DNA of 64,000 nucleotides from Squalus acanthias (lineage: Eukaryota). Location of the stretch: positions 20,400,001 to 20,464,000 of the forward strand of contig CM059432.1 in NCBI GenBank assembly GCA_030390025.1. Reading direction: 5' to 3'. The notes beneath the pieces are model-generated. The model did not search any database and was not told where the DNA came from. It saw only the letters and a program-made list of their open reading frames with translations. Below, in pieces: positions 48,800 to 60,984 of this stretch. Position 1 is the first letter of the stretch; each line of letters opens with the position of its first letter. A program made the translations under genes and the position numbers.

Positions 48800-50360
48800 G
48801 TGTTAGTAGCTCTCTTTGCTCGATCTGTCTGGACCACATCAAGCACAATTGGGCCTTGTTCTCTTCTGACAAAACTGCTCACTACTCAAAGATCATCCTG
48901 GAAAACAAAAAGATTACCCTGGCTCCTTGTCTCCACTACCAACCATCTTCCTTAAATCCCTCTGCCCTGACCCCCAACACGTGCAAAGCTCATGGACTTC
49001 TTTGTCACTAACATTGAGACCATCCATTTAGTTGCTTTTGCCACATCACCCCCCTTCTCCTCACTCACCAAGCAAATCCCCACCCCGCCCCCAGCCCTGA
49101 ACCTGCATTGTATTCTAATTTCACTCCAATCTCCCCTGATGCCCTCTCTGAGCTAATCTTGTCCATGAGGCCCACCTCCTGCTCACTTGACCCCATTCCC
49201 AGTAAACTGATCACCCAACTTCCCTTCCTGACCCCCATGCTAGCGGATACGGTCGACCACATCATTCTCCTCCAACACCTCTCCTCAGTTGTCTAGCTCA
49301 ATGGGGCTGCCCTCACTTGGTCCACTCTTATTTATCCAAGCAGAGCATCTCAAGTAATGGCTACTCTTGCCGCCTCCGCTCCATTACCTCTGGAGTCCCT
49401 CAAGCATCTATCCTTGGCTCCCTCATCATCATCATCATCAACATGCTGCTCCTTGGTGACATCATCCAAAGACATGTTGTCAGCGTGTATGTCGAACCTC
49501 AACACCCAGCTCTGCCTCGCCACCACCTCTCTCGATCCCTCCACTGCCTGTGTTGTCAGTCTGCTTGTCCAACATCCAGTCTAGGATGAGCTGAAACATT
49601 GGGACGAGCAAAGCCAGAGTCTTCAGCCCCCGCCACAAACTCTGTATCCTTGCCACCTATCCATCCCCCTCCCCAGCCACCATCTGAAATTGATCCAGAC
49701 TGTTCTCAACCTCAGCATCCTATTTGACCCAAAACTGAGTTTTCAACTACATATCCTCTCCATCACAAAGACCGCCTACTTCTACCTCCATAACTTCCAC
49801 CTCCGCCCCTGCCCCAGCTCATCTGCTGCTGCAACCAGCATTCATGCCGCTGTCACCTCCATACCCGACAATCACTCCAATGCTCTCCTGGTGGACTCCC
49901 AGCCTCCATAATCTTCGGCTCATCCAAAACTCTGCTACCCGTATCCTGTTTCACACCAAGTCCCACTCTTCCACTCCTCTAGTCATTGGCTGATGGTGCT
50001 CCAATGATTCAAGTTTCTCATCCTCGTGTTTAAATTCCTTCATGGCCTCGCTCCTTGCTCTCTGTCCAGCCCTACAACGCTCAGTGAACTCTGTATCCCT
50101 CCAGCGCCAGCTTCTTGGGCATCCTGAAATCCCTTCTCACCAACACTGAGGACCTGGCCTTCAGCCACCTTGGTCCTAAGCTTTGGAATTCCCTCTTTAC
50201 ATCGCTCTGACGCTTCTCCTCCCTCCTTAAATCTACCTTTTTGACCAAACTTGTCGTCGCACCTCCCAAATAATATCTCCTTCGGGTTTTTGTCTTATTA
50301 AACTTCTATGAATGACCTTGAACATTTTTATGTATTAAAGACGCGATCTAAATTTTTTGT
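48800..50360 (+). mobile_element. L2 LINE, degraded ORF2 and 3' end
   Basis: FTPISPDALSELILSMRPTSCSLDPIPSKL, TVDHIILLQHL, SGVPQASILG, NLSILFDPKLSFQLHILSITKTAYF. Confidence 0.85.
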
Positions 50361-50747
50361 AATACTGCTTCAATATTGGTGCAGTGAACACAAGGCGGGT
50401 GAGATCAACTTCAGCAAACATAACACATTACAAATAATTCATCGTTTGCTGGCAGAGATTAAAATGGCATGTGCTGTAACCTATTGTCACACAGCACAAA
50501 GGGAACAAGCGAGGTGCACCTGCACTGTGAATTAAGTTAGAACACACTATGCAATTCCCTGTGTGTACCTGGGTAAATTATGTATTAAGATCATTACTCA
50601 TTTATCATCATCTGCTGCTAGCATGTTTAGTCATACCTGCCCTGAAAGCTGTTTGTTTTACATCACAAGCATGAAGCAGAGATTATGGCCTATGGAGTTT
50701 ATGAATGCAGGGATTAAATAATACACGAGCGACAGAGTATATTCCCT

Positions 50748-51476
50748 TTCTTCTCTCCCACATGGCAGCTGTCTTTCATTCTGCCAGCGCAATTTACACT
50801 TCATCTAGAGCCATCCTTTGTTTCTTAACCTGTCCCATTACCATCTCCTTTTGCCTTGAATATCTCTTAATGTCTCTTAATCTCTCCTGCCTTCTATCCT
50901 ATCACAGACCTTCCCTTTTGTTCTTTCATCCCCTCCCCCCTTTCCCAGCCCCTACACATAGAAGATAGGAGTAGGAGTAGGCCATTCGGCCCCTCAAGCC
51001 TGCTCCGCCATTCGATGAGATCATGGCTGATCATCCAAACTCAGTACCCTGTCCCTGCCTTCTCCCCATATCCCTTGATACCTTTAGCTTTAAGAAATAT
51101 ATCTAACTCATTCTTGAATATATTTAATGACTTGGCCTCAACTACCTTCTGTGGTAGAGAATTCCACAGGTTCACCACTCGCTGGGTGAAGAAATTCTTC
51201 CTCATTTCTGTCCTAAATGGCTTACCCGTTATCCTTAGATTATGACCCCTGGTTCTGGACTCTCCGACCATCAGGAACATTCTTCCTGCATCTAGTTTGT
51301 CCAGACCGGTCAGAATTTTATATGTTTCGATGAGACTTGCTTAAAAATCTGTTCCATTTCCTGCTTTTTTCCAGTTCTGACGGAAGGTCATCGACCTGAA
51401 ACGTTAACTCGGTTTCTCTCTTCACAGATGCTGCCTGACCTGCTGAGTATCTCCAGCATTTTCTGTTTTTATTTTA
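50748..51476 (+). mobile_element. PLE family B 3' tail with nested CR1
   Basis: Nearly identical to 57240-57585; 12-bp TSD agtatattccct at 50736-50747 and 51477-51488. Confidence 0.9.
50958..51334 (-). mobile_element. CR1 3' end inserted in the PLE tail
   Basis: GESRTRGHNLRITGKPFRTEMRKNFFTQRVVNLWNSLPQKVVEA. Confidence 0.92.
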
Positions 51477-51669
51477 AGTATATTCCCTGATGTGTAAAGC
51501 ATTCTTAAAGCAAGAAACATGTTCTGGAACTTTACTGGCCATTTCAACCAGGGACCGTAATTAAAAGAGCTGGAACAACCAGAGCTGTCAATGTTAGATA
51601 AATTGTAGTTAAGCAGTTTCAGTTGTGTGTTGTATACCTGAGGTGGTGACTTGCATCCAAAGGATACAA

Positions 51670-52792
51670 TGAATTAGATGAGGGGAACGAGTGTAAATAT
51701 AACCAAATTTGCTGATGATACAAAGCTAGGTGGGAAAGTAAGTTGCGAGGGGGACACAAAGAGTCTGCAAAGGGATAAAGACCAGTTAAGTGATCGGACA
51801 AGAAGGTGGCAGATGAAGTTTTTCTTCTTAGGCAGTCCCTCGGAAAACACTGACATTGGTGCGCCTGTCCTGCCAATGGATTTGCAGGATCTTGCGGAGG
51901 CAGCGTTGGTGGTACCTCTCCAGTGCTTTGAGGTGCCTGCTGTCCATGGTCCATGTCTCTGAGGCATACAGGAGGGCGGGTATCACTACTGCTCTGTAGA
52001 CCATGAGCTTGGTGCCGGGTTTCAGGTCCTGGTCTTCAAACACTCTCTTCCTCAGGCGACCGAAGGCTGCGCTGGCACACTGAAGGCGGTGTTGGACTTC
52101 GTCATTGACGTCTGCCCTTGTTGACAGTAGGCTCCCGAGGATGGAGTATAATGTGGGGAAGTGTGAAATTGTCGAGTTTCTGTTTTTATTTCAGATCTCC
52201 AGCATCCGCAGCATTTTGTTTTTGTATTAGTATGAAATAATCAACTTTGACTGGAAGAATGAAAAAGCAGAATATATTTAAAAAAGATGAGATGCTAGTA
52301 AATGTTGGTATTCAGAGGGATTTGGCGGCCGATGTACACGAATCACAGAAAGTTAACAAGCAGGTACAGCAAGCAATTAGGAAGGCAAATGGCATGTTGG
52401 CCTTTATTGCAAGGGGTTGGAGTACAAGAGTAAGGAAGTCTTGCTACAATTGTACAGGGCTTTGGTGAGACCACACCTGGAGTACTGTACAGAGTTTTGG
52501 TCTCCTTACTCATGGAAGGATATACTTGCATCATTGCACCCTCTCTAAGGCTTCACTAGATTGATCCCTGGGATGAGAGGGTTGTCCTATGAGGAGAGAT
52601 TGAGTAGAATGGGTTTATAATCTCTGGAGTTTAGAAGAATGAGAGGTGATCTCATTGAAACATATAAGATTCTGAGGGGGGAGTGACAGGGTAGATGCTG
52701 AGAGGCTGTTTCCCTGCCTGGAGAGTCGAGAACTAGGGGTCATAGTCTGAGGATAAGGAGCCGGCCATTTAGGACTGAGATGAGGAGAAATG
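51670..52792 (+). mobile_element. CR1 RT-to-C-terminal fragment with nested RTE and PLE-tail pieces
   Basis: ITKFADDTKLGGKV...WQM, QQAIRKANGMLAFIARG and RGDLIETYKIL. Confidence 0.85.
51820..52139 (-). mobile_element. RTE (BovB-like) LINE, internally deleted
   Basis: VFEDQDLKPGTKLMVYRAVVIPALLYASETWT...LERYHQRCLRKILQIHWQDRRTNVSV jumps directly to the tail cgagggactgcctaagaagaa; TSD gatg[a/g]agt at 51812-51819 and 52140-52147. Confidence 0.85.
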
Positions 52793-53690
52793 GTGGAGCG
52801 ATGAAAATCAGGGTGCGCAAGAGGTCAGGATTGGAGGAGTGCAGAGATCTCACGATAACCATAACCAGAGTAACCAGCTAGGCCGCAGTGTACGTTGGAA
52901 CACAAAACATTCTTACTTACGTGCAGTTTTAGCTGTGTTTCTTTTTTAAGAAGGGACTGGTTTTAAAATACATCTGTATAATTACATTCGCAAAATACTG
53001 CGGATGCTGGAAATCTAAAATAACAGAAAACGCTGGAAGCACTCAGCAGGCCAGGCAGCATCCGTGGAGAGAGAAACAGAGTTAACACAGTATGTTCCTT
53101 CAATTCCTTCCTCCCCTCCCACACCGCCCCCGTCTCTGCACCTGCTTAATATGTTACATCTCCAGCTTTTCGAGTTCAATTTCCCCTTATCGCACAAGAA
53201 TCTTACTCTCAAACTTTTGACATACAGGTACCACAATAGTTCTTCTCACACCCACTATAAACTCCTAAAAATAAGATAACACACATTTAAAAAAAATCAT
53301 AACTTACCCGTCCTATCTTCTAAGTGCTCCAACACCTCGCCCCACAACTTATCCTCACATTGCCTGACACAGCCACATCCCCTCCCACCCCCAAGTTCTG
53401 ATCGGTCTATCCCCAACACTCACTGCCCGGCCAGATGCTCCCAGCTGAGCTGTGACTTGAGCAAGGATCCAAACTAACATGCACACTAAATTCTCATTGT
53501 CCCCCACCCCTCATGGATGGCTGCTATTACACCTACACAAGTAAATAACAGGATAACAGAGTACTCCAAGATCTCAAGCCCTCCCAGAGTGCTCCCATTG
53601 TTACTGCAAATCTGCAGAGACTGGCAAGTGCTGCAAAACAATGGGAGCACTCGAGGCATGGCACCAATAGACACGCGATATTTATTCAAC

Positions 53691-54750
53691 AGCAAAATAC
53701 TGCGGATGCTGGAAATACAAAACAACAACAGAAAATGCTGGAAACACTCAGCAGGTCAGGCAGCACCGCGGAGAGAGCAACAGAGTTAACGTTTCGGGTC
53801 GATTACCCTTTGTCAGACCTGGAAAAGGTTAGAGAAGTAACAGGTTTTTAAGCAAGTGTAGGGGCAGGAAAAGGGAGGAGGGGAAGGAAAGAAGAAAGGG
53901 AAGGTCTGTGATAGGCTGGAAGGCAGGAGAGATTAAAAGACAAAAAGGAATGATGGTGCAAGGCAAAGGGAGATGGTAATGGGACAAGTTAAGAAACAAA
54001 AGATGACTCTAGATGAGGTGTAAATGGCAAAGGCAGAATCATCAACAGCTGCCATGTGAGAGAAATAAAAGGGGAAAAAAAAGTTAAAAAAATTTAGGGG
54101 CCGAGGTTATGGTCTGAAATTGTTGAACTCAATGTTAAGTCCAGAAGGCTGTAAAGTGCCTCATCGAAAGATGAGGTGCTGTTCCTCGAGTTCACGTTGA
54201 GCTTCGTTGGAACAGTGCAAGACGCCGAGGATGGAGAGATCAGAGTGGAGCGGAGAATTAAAGTGACAGGCGACTGGAAGCTCGGGGTCATGCTTGTTGA
54301 CTGAACAGAGGTATTCCACAAAGCTATCACCCAATCTGCATTTGCTCTCCCCAATGTAGAGGAGACCGCATCGTGAGCAGCGAATACAGTATACTAAATT
54401 ACAAGTACAACAAGTAAATCGCTGTTTCACCTGGAAGGAGTGTTTGGGAAGGGAGGAGGTAAAAGGGCAGGTGTTGCATCTCCTGCACTTACACGGGAAG
54501 GTGCTATGGGAAAGGGAAGGGGTGTTGGACCAGGGTGTCACGGAGGGAGCAGTCCCTTGGAATGCTGAAAGGGAGGTGGGGGGGGAAGGTGGGGGGGGAG
54601 GGGGGGGGGGGGGGAGAGAAAGATGTGTTTGGTGGTGGGATCACACTGGAGGTGGCGGAAATGGCGGAGGATGATCCGTTGAATGTGGAGGCAGGTGGGG
54701 TGAAAGGTGAAGACAAGGGGAACCTTGTCATGGTTCTGGGAGGGAGGGAG
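53691..54750 (-). mobile_element. PLE family B 3' part, inverted relative to the adjacent long copy
   Basis: PCKCRRCNTC...LVYCIRC...YIGESK...EEQHLIFR plus the full tail. Confidence 0.9.
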
Positions 54751-55343
54751 GGGAAGTGGTTTCGGATCCACCCAGGATTACAGATATCTCCAAGATATTC
54801 AGCGTTCCTTGAACTACTGCTCTTGCCGCATCCCGAGATCCACGCTCAACTCCATGCGCCGCCACATGCACACTCTCGACCTCGCTCTTCAGCAGCACCA
54901 ACTCACTATCTCAAAGCTGTCCATTTCATCCTTCGCCTCATCTGACATTTTAACAAAAAACTTTTTTTCTTCCTTTCAGATATCAAGGATCGCAAGCTTC
55001 AACAACTCTTGGACACCAATGCCCCTCCGGAACCTTCTTCCCCTTCACTTTCCTCTGACCCCATCCCTTCTCCAATCTCACCCCCTGCCGCGTGTTCACT
55101 ATCCCCTCTAACCCCGAATGATCAGTCCTCAGCAAAGACCTGAGCTTCATCCCTTACGCCCCCATCTCAATGAATTTCGAGCTCTGCACGACGCTGAGCT
55201 CTTTTTCCGTTGCCTTCGTCACCGTGCCCACTTCTTTGGCCAAGAGTCTTCTCCCCGCACAACGAACCCTTTCTCCCACTCTCAGAATTCTCGTTCTACC
55301 TGGACCCCTTCCTCTGGCCTCTTGCCCTCTCTAGACCTTTTCA

Positions 55344-56894
55344 TTGCAAACTGCCGGCATGACATCGGCCATCTCAATTTCTCTGCTTCCCTCACTCACT
55401 CCAACCTACCTCCCTCTGAACTTGCAGCACTCCGTTATCTCCAAACCAACCCTAACATCGTCATTAAACCGTGCGGAGGCTGAACGCCAGCTCTCCGACA
55501 CTTCCTCCTACCTCCCCCTGGACCATGACCCTACTACCAAACATCAAGCCATTGTTTCCAAGACTGTCACTGACCTCATCGCCACTGGAGATCTTCCCTC
55601 CATGGCTGTCATCCTCACAGTCCCCTTCTACCTCCTTCCCAAGATCCACAAACAGGGCTGCCCTGGTAGACCCATCGTTTCAGCCTCTCTTTGCCCCACG
55701 GAACTGATTTCTTCTATTTTTTCTCCCATTGTCCAGTCTCTTCCCACCTACATCCGCGACTCTTCCGATGCCCTCCGCCACTTTAACAGTTTCCAGTTTC
55801 CTGGCCCCAACCGCCTCCTTTTCACTATAAATGTCCAATCCCTCTACACCTCCATCCCCCACCAGGATGGCCTGAGGGCGCTCCGCTTCTTCCTTGAACA
55901 GAGGCCCGACCAGTCCCCATCCACCACCACCCTCCTCCGCCTGGCTGAACTTGTTCTCACATTGAACAACTTCTCCTTTGACTCCACTCACTTCCTCCAA
56001 ATCAAAGGTGTTTCTATGGCAACCCGCATGGGTCCTAGCTATGCCTGCCTTTTCGTGAGATATGTGGAACACTCTTTGTTCCAGTCCTACTCAGGTCCCC
56101 TCCCTCACCTCTTTTACCGGTACATTGATGACTGTATCGGTGCCGTTTCCTGCTCTCGCCCTGAACTAGATAATTTCATTCACTTTGCTTCCAATTTCCA
56201 CCCTTCCCTCACCTTCACATGGTCCATCTTCGACTCTTCCCTTCCCTTCCTCGACTTCTCCGTCTCCATCTCTGGGGATAGGTTATTGACAAACATTCAC
56301 TACAAGCCCACTGACTCCCACAGCTACCTGGACTACACTTCCTCCCACTCCGCTTCCTGTAAGGACTCTATTCCATTCTCCCAGTTTCTTCATCTCCGCC
56401 GCATCTGCTCTGACGATGCCACCTTCCCTACTCATGCTTCCGACATGTCTTCCTTTTTCCTCAACCGAGGATTCCCCTATACTGTGGTTGACACGGCTCT
56501 TGACCGTGTCCGTTCTATCTCCCGCACTTCTGCCCTCACCCCTGCCCCTCCCTCCTGGAACCACGATAGAGTTCCCCTTGTCCTCACCTTTCACCCCACC
56601 AGCCTCCACATTCAACATATCATCCTCCGCCATTTCCGCCACCTCCAGCATGATCCCACCACCAAACACATCTTCCCCTCACCTCCCCTTTCAGCATTCC
56701 GAAGGGACCACTCCCTCTGCGACACCCTGGTCCACGCCTCTATCACCCCCAACACCCCTTCCTCCGGCACCTTCCCGTGCAAGTGCAGGAGATGCAACAC
56801 ATGCCCTTATACCAAGCCCCCCTTCCCACTGTCCAGGGCCCCAAACACCCCTTCCAGGCGAAACAGTGATTTACTTGTACTTCTTGCAATTTAG
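55344..56894 (+). pseudogene. PLE reverse transcriptase ORF (516 aa open; endonuclease out of frame with a stop)
   Basis: FYLLPKIHK..CPGRPIVS, LFTINVQSLYTSIPH (the motif-A Asp is Asn), QIKGVSMATRMGPSYACLF, FYRYIDD, LPFLD, IHYKPTDSHSYLDY. Confidence 0.9.
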
Positions 56895-57487
56895 TGTACT
56901 GTATTCGCTGCTCACGATGCGGTCTCCTCTACATTGGGGAGACCAAACGCAGATTGGGTGACCGCTTTGCAGAACACCTCCGTTGAGTCCGTAAGGGGGA
57001 CCCCGAGCTTCGGGTCACCTGTCACTTTAATTCTCCGCTCCACTCCCACTCAGACCTCACCGTCCTCGGCCTCTTGCATTGTTCCACTGAAGCTCAGCGT
57101 AAGCTCGAGGAACAGCACCTTATCTTTCGATTAGGCACTTTACAGACTTCTGGACTCAACACAGAGTTCAACAATTTCAGATCATAACCTCGGCCCCTCT
57201 CATATATATAATTTTTTATCCACACTTTTTGTCTGTCTTTTTTCTTCTCTCCCACATGGCAGCTGTCTTTCATTCTGCCAGCGCAATTCACACTTCATCT
57301 AGAGCCATCCTTTGTTTCTTAACCTGTCCCATTACCATCTCCTTTTGCCTTGAATATCTCTTAATGTCTCTTAATCTCTCCTGCCTTCTATCCTATCACA
57401 GACCTTCCCTTTTGTTCTTTCATCCCCTCCCCCCTTTCCCAGCCCCTACACTTGCTTAAAAATCTGTTCCATTTCCTGCTTTTTTCC

Positions 57488-57523
57488 AGTTCTGACGAAG
57501 GTCATCGACCTGAAACGTTAACT
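57488..57523 (+). ncRNA. Minimal hammerhead ribozyme (PLE family B)
   Basis: AGTT-CTGACGA-AGGTC atc GACCT-GAAA-CG-TT-AACT. Confidence 0.7.
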
Positions 57524-57851
57524 CGGTTTCTCTCTTCACAGATGCTGCCTGACCTGCTGAGTATCTCCAGCAATTCCTGTTTTTAAACCACTTAGGCTGC
57601 TGGGGGACCACAGTAAACATCAGAAACTGGACTGTCCCTGGGCACTGCCACATGGGATCGACGAGTAATTTTATATCAAACATTTACATCCAATCATATG
57701 TTTGCATATAACTTTATACAATGATATATTTAGATGTTTTGTTGGATATATGTTAACTTTCTAATTATATACCATTTCTAATATTTATGTATCATATATT
57801 GTTACTCATTTATTCTGTATTTATAACTATTAGACCACCACCAAAGGCAGG

Positions 57852-58375
57852 AGCAACAACAACTTGTATTTATATAGCATCTTTAACATAGTAAAACGTC
57901 CCAAGGCGCTTCACAGGTGTATTTTAAGACAAAGAATTTGACACATAAGGATAAATTAGGGCAGGTGACCAAAAGCTTGGTCAAAGAGGTAGGTTTTAAG
58001 GAGCATCTGAAAGGAGCAAAGAGAGGTAGCGAGGCGGACAGGTTTAGGCATGGAATTCCAGAGCTTAGGGCCTAGGCAACAGAAGGCACGGCCACCAAAG
58101 GTTGAGCGATTATAATCAGGGATGCTCAAAAGGGCAGGATTAGAGGAGCGCAGATATCTCGGGGGGTTGTGGGGCTGAAGGAGATTACAGAGACAGGGAG
58201 GGGCGAGGCCACGGAGAGATTTGAAAACAAGGATGTGAGTTTTGAAATCGAGGTGCTGCTTAACCGGGAACCAATGTAGGTCAGTGAGCACAGGGGAGAT
58301 GGGCGAACGGGACTTGGTGCAAGTTAGGACACGGGCAGCCGAGCTTTGGATGAGCTCAAGTTTAAGTAGGTGCAG
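57852..58375 (-). mobile_element. L2 LINE 3' end
   Basis: KLELIQSSAARVLT...ISPVLTDLHWFPVKQHLDFK...GGRAF...LWNSMP...LLKTYLFDQAF, then a tail ending in (gtt)n. Confidence 0.92.
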
Positions 58376-58439
58376 GTGGGCGGCAGATTTATTTCTGCAA
58401 CTGGCATGGGCCTGCCACTCTAACACAAGGTTTGATCTA

Positions 58440-58930
58440 CAGGAAACTCTTTGGTATCCGGCACCGACGGGACCGGCGTGCTGCCGGTTGATCGAAAGTT
58501 CCGGATAACGGAGAGTTATATCTACCGAGGCTATTTTTAACATAAAAAAAATCAAGAAATGTGCAGTATACAGTATTTGGTTACTCACCTACAGAATGTT
58601 GTGTTAAATGGATGGTGGAAGATGCTTGATTAAGTACAGTACTGCCAGTTGAGGGTAATCCATAACTCTTTAATTACTTAACAGTAAGTGAGACTCCCGG
58701 CAGCGCGGGAGAATCAGACACCTGTTACTGCAGTGTTCGGACTTCCGACAGCGCCAGGAGGCCGAGTAGTGGCACTTTGGAGAACTACCCCCACTGACTA
58801 ACTCGGCGTTCGCGGGAGACTCTGACTCGGCAACATTGCCGGTTATTTGAGAGGAGTTTTCGGAGTATGATTTTTGCCGGTTAAGAGAGAATTCCGGATA
58901 TTTAGGTGCTGGTTAAACAAGAGTTTCCTG
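58440..58930. mobile_element. Tc1/mariner (Tigger/pogo-like) MITE
   Basis: TA|caggaaactcttt...ccggcacc versus ggtgctgg...aagagtttcctg|TA: TIRs start with CAG, TA TSD, repeated ccggat/ccggtt subterminal motifs. Confidence 0.8.
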
Positions 58931-59739
58931 TACTTTGCAATCCTCCGACACTCTCAGGGGCTTCTCACCTTGCCCACTGCTCACTCCCAGCCCCCACCTA
59001 CTAAGAGCTTTAGCCCTTTTAGCCATTCCTGCCGCTCTTGGCCCTGGCCTGCCACTCACTCCACCCTGCCTGAGCACTGGTCTCCACATCCAGCACAATG
59101 CATGCGCAACGAGAGGAATATTTGCCCCATTCCATCCCTGAGATCATAAGCAATGTTGCTGGAGATTATTTACACATGTACACAGCTTACTACTCCCCAA
59201 ATGGTTCAAAGTCAGTCAGTAATGTATCACATTCAATGTGTGAATTTTTTTTTTAAGTTCTTCATTTTCAGTAGACACATCTACTGGTCAGTCGCAAAAT
59301 ATCAGCCAACATATGCTAAATCTTAATAATCATGTGCAAGCAAAATGCATCTTTTTACCATTTCAATTAAGTTTTCTCCAATGCAGGAACATTTTGTGCA
59401 GCATCACAGTGAGATAAACAGTGCTGTTCCTTTCAAGTTGCCAAGTTACTTTGCTGGAAGCCAACTTTTGGCCCCCCTCCCCCTGAATTTGGTGGGCAAA
59501 TGAAACTTGTGGGGCCAGAGTTACACGAGATTCACGTACATCCATCCCCTGAAGGGGGCAGGAAATGTGGCAAGATGCAGACAAACAAGGTTACAATTGG
59601 AATATGATTGAGTGAATCGAAGATTAATTCTGGCAAACATTCACATTAGGTCTACTTCCCCCAACCACCCCCACTTCATATAAATCAAAGAATATCCTGA
59701 GGAGAGCATTTATTGCGGAGCGCAGTATACAAGAGTGTT

Positions 59740-60185
59740 CATTAGTAGCGTGCTCGCTCCTGGGTCAGAAGGTCGAGGATTCAAGTCCCACTCCAGAGAC
59801 TGGAGAACATAATGTAAGGTGACACTTCAGTGCAGTACGGAGGGAGTGCTGCACTGTTGGAAGTGCCATCTTTCCAATGAAACGTGAAATGGAGGCCCCG
59901 TCTGCCCTCTCAGGTAGACGTAAAAGATCCCATGACACTATTCAAAGAAGAGCAGGGGAGTTCTCCCCGATATCCTGGTCAATATTTATCCCTCAATCAA
60001 CATCACTAAAACAGATTCTGGTAATCATTATCACATTGCTGTTTGTGGGACCTTGTGCGCAAATTGGCTGCTGCATTTCCAACATTACAACAGTGACTAC
60101 ACTTCAAAAGTACTTCATTGGTTGTAAAGCGCTTTTGGGACAGCCTGAGGTTGTGAAGGATGCTATATAAATGCAAGTTCTTGCT
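59740..60185 (+). mobile_element. DeuSINE (SacSINE1-like)
   Basis: B box gattcaagtccc, Deu core and L2-like tail. Confidence 0.88.
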
Positions 60186-60984
60186 TTTTATTAGCGAGAA
60201 GATAAGCATGCAATTCAGACTTGATTAGATCTTTAAGGACTCTCCCCGATCCAAATGTATATATTTAATATACAACATTACTTCATTAAAAAAAAAATCA
60301 GGGCATGCATTCATATTTCACTCAGTGGGAAAAAATCAAATGGAAAGTTACTGAATACTCTCCCTTCACCAAAAATTTAAACCTCACATGACTGCAGAAA
60401 TGACTGAGGAAAGGACATATGATTAAAAGAAGCCTTTGTTCATCAGGGATCACACTTTTATTAAGAAAAAGGCAGTGAAGCATGATGCAGAGAATTTTCA
60501 GGCAGGGGAATGCACATCACTTGCTGCTATTGATTCAAACAAACACCAAACCATCACCTCCATTGCTGAAGCTACCTCTAAGAAGTTTGGTTGCCTTGGT
60601 TTTTGTGCCAAATGCTATTTTCTCATTAGTAACTCTTAACTCTCTCTAAGTCCCAAATCTATCCAAAACTTGAATACTGCTCCCATCTCTGTGGATGCTC
60701 TTCTGGCATTCTCCCCACACTCCTGGAGAGGACACAAGAATAATTTTATCATCCAACTCCTTCTCGCTGCTCTTCTCATTTTTAATTTATCAGTACTACA
60801 GTGGTCACTGATCCTCTTAACAACCACTTCCTATTCGCTGAAACCCTTACTAAAATCTTTGAAATGACTCCTACTCTTTCTTTTCAAGGAACTCAGAATC
60901 ACAGAACTCCTCATCTCCCGCCCACAACATACAGCATTTGCAAGCTTCGCATCACCGAACCACAACAACAAATTGCCTTTACAG

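Larger units (their letters stand above)
54755..57585 (+). mobile_element. PLE family B, near full length
   Basis: N-terminal region, long RT ORF, frameshifted GIY-YIG (VYCIRCSRCGLLYIGETKRRLGDRFAEHLR*), tail with hammerhead. Confidence 0.93.

Noticed and set aside
57956..58588. 210-aa ORF
   Set aside because: Chance read-through from MITE sequence into the L2 ORF2 C-terminus; not a gene.
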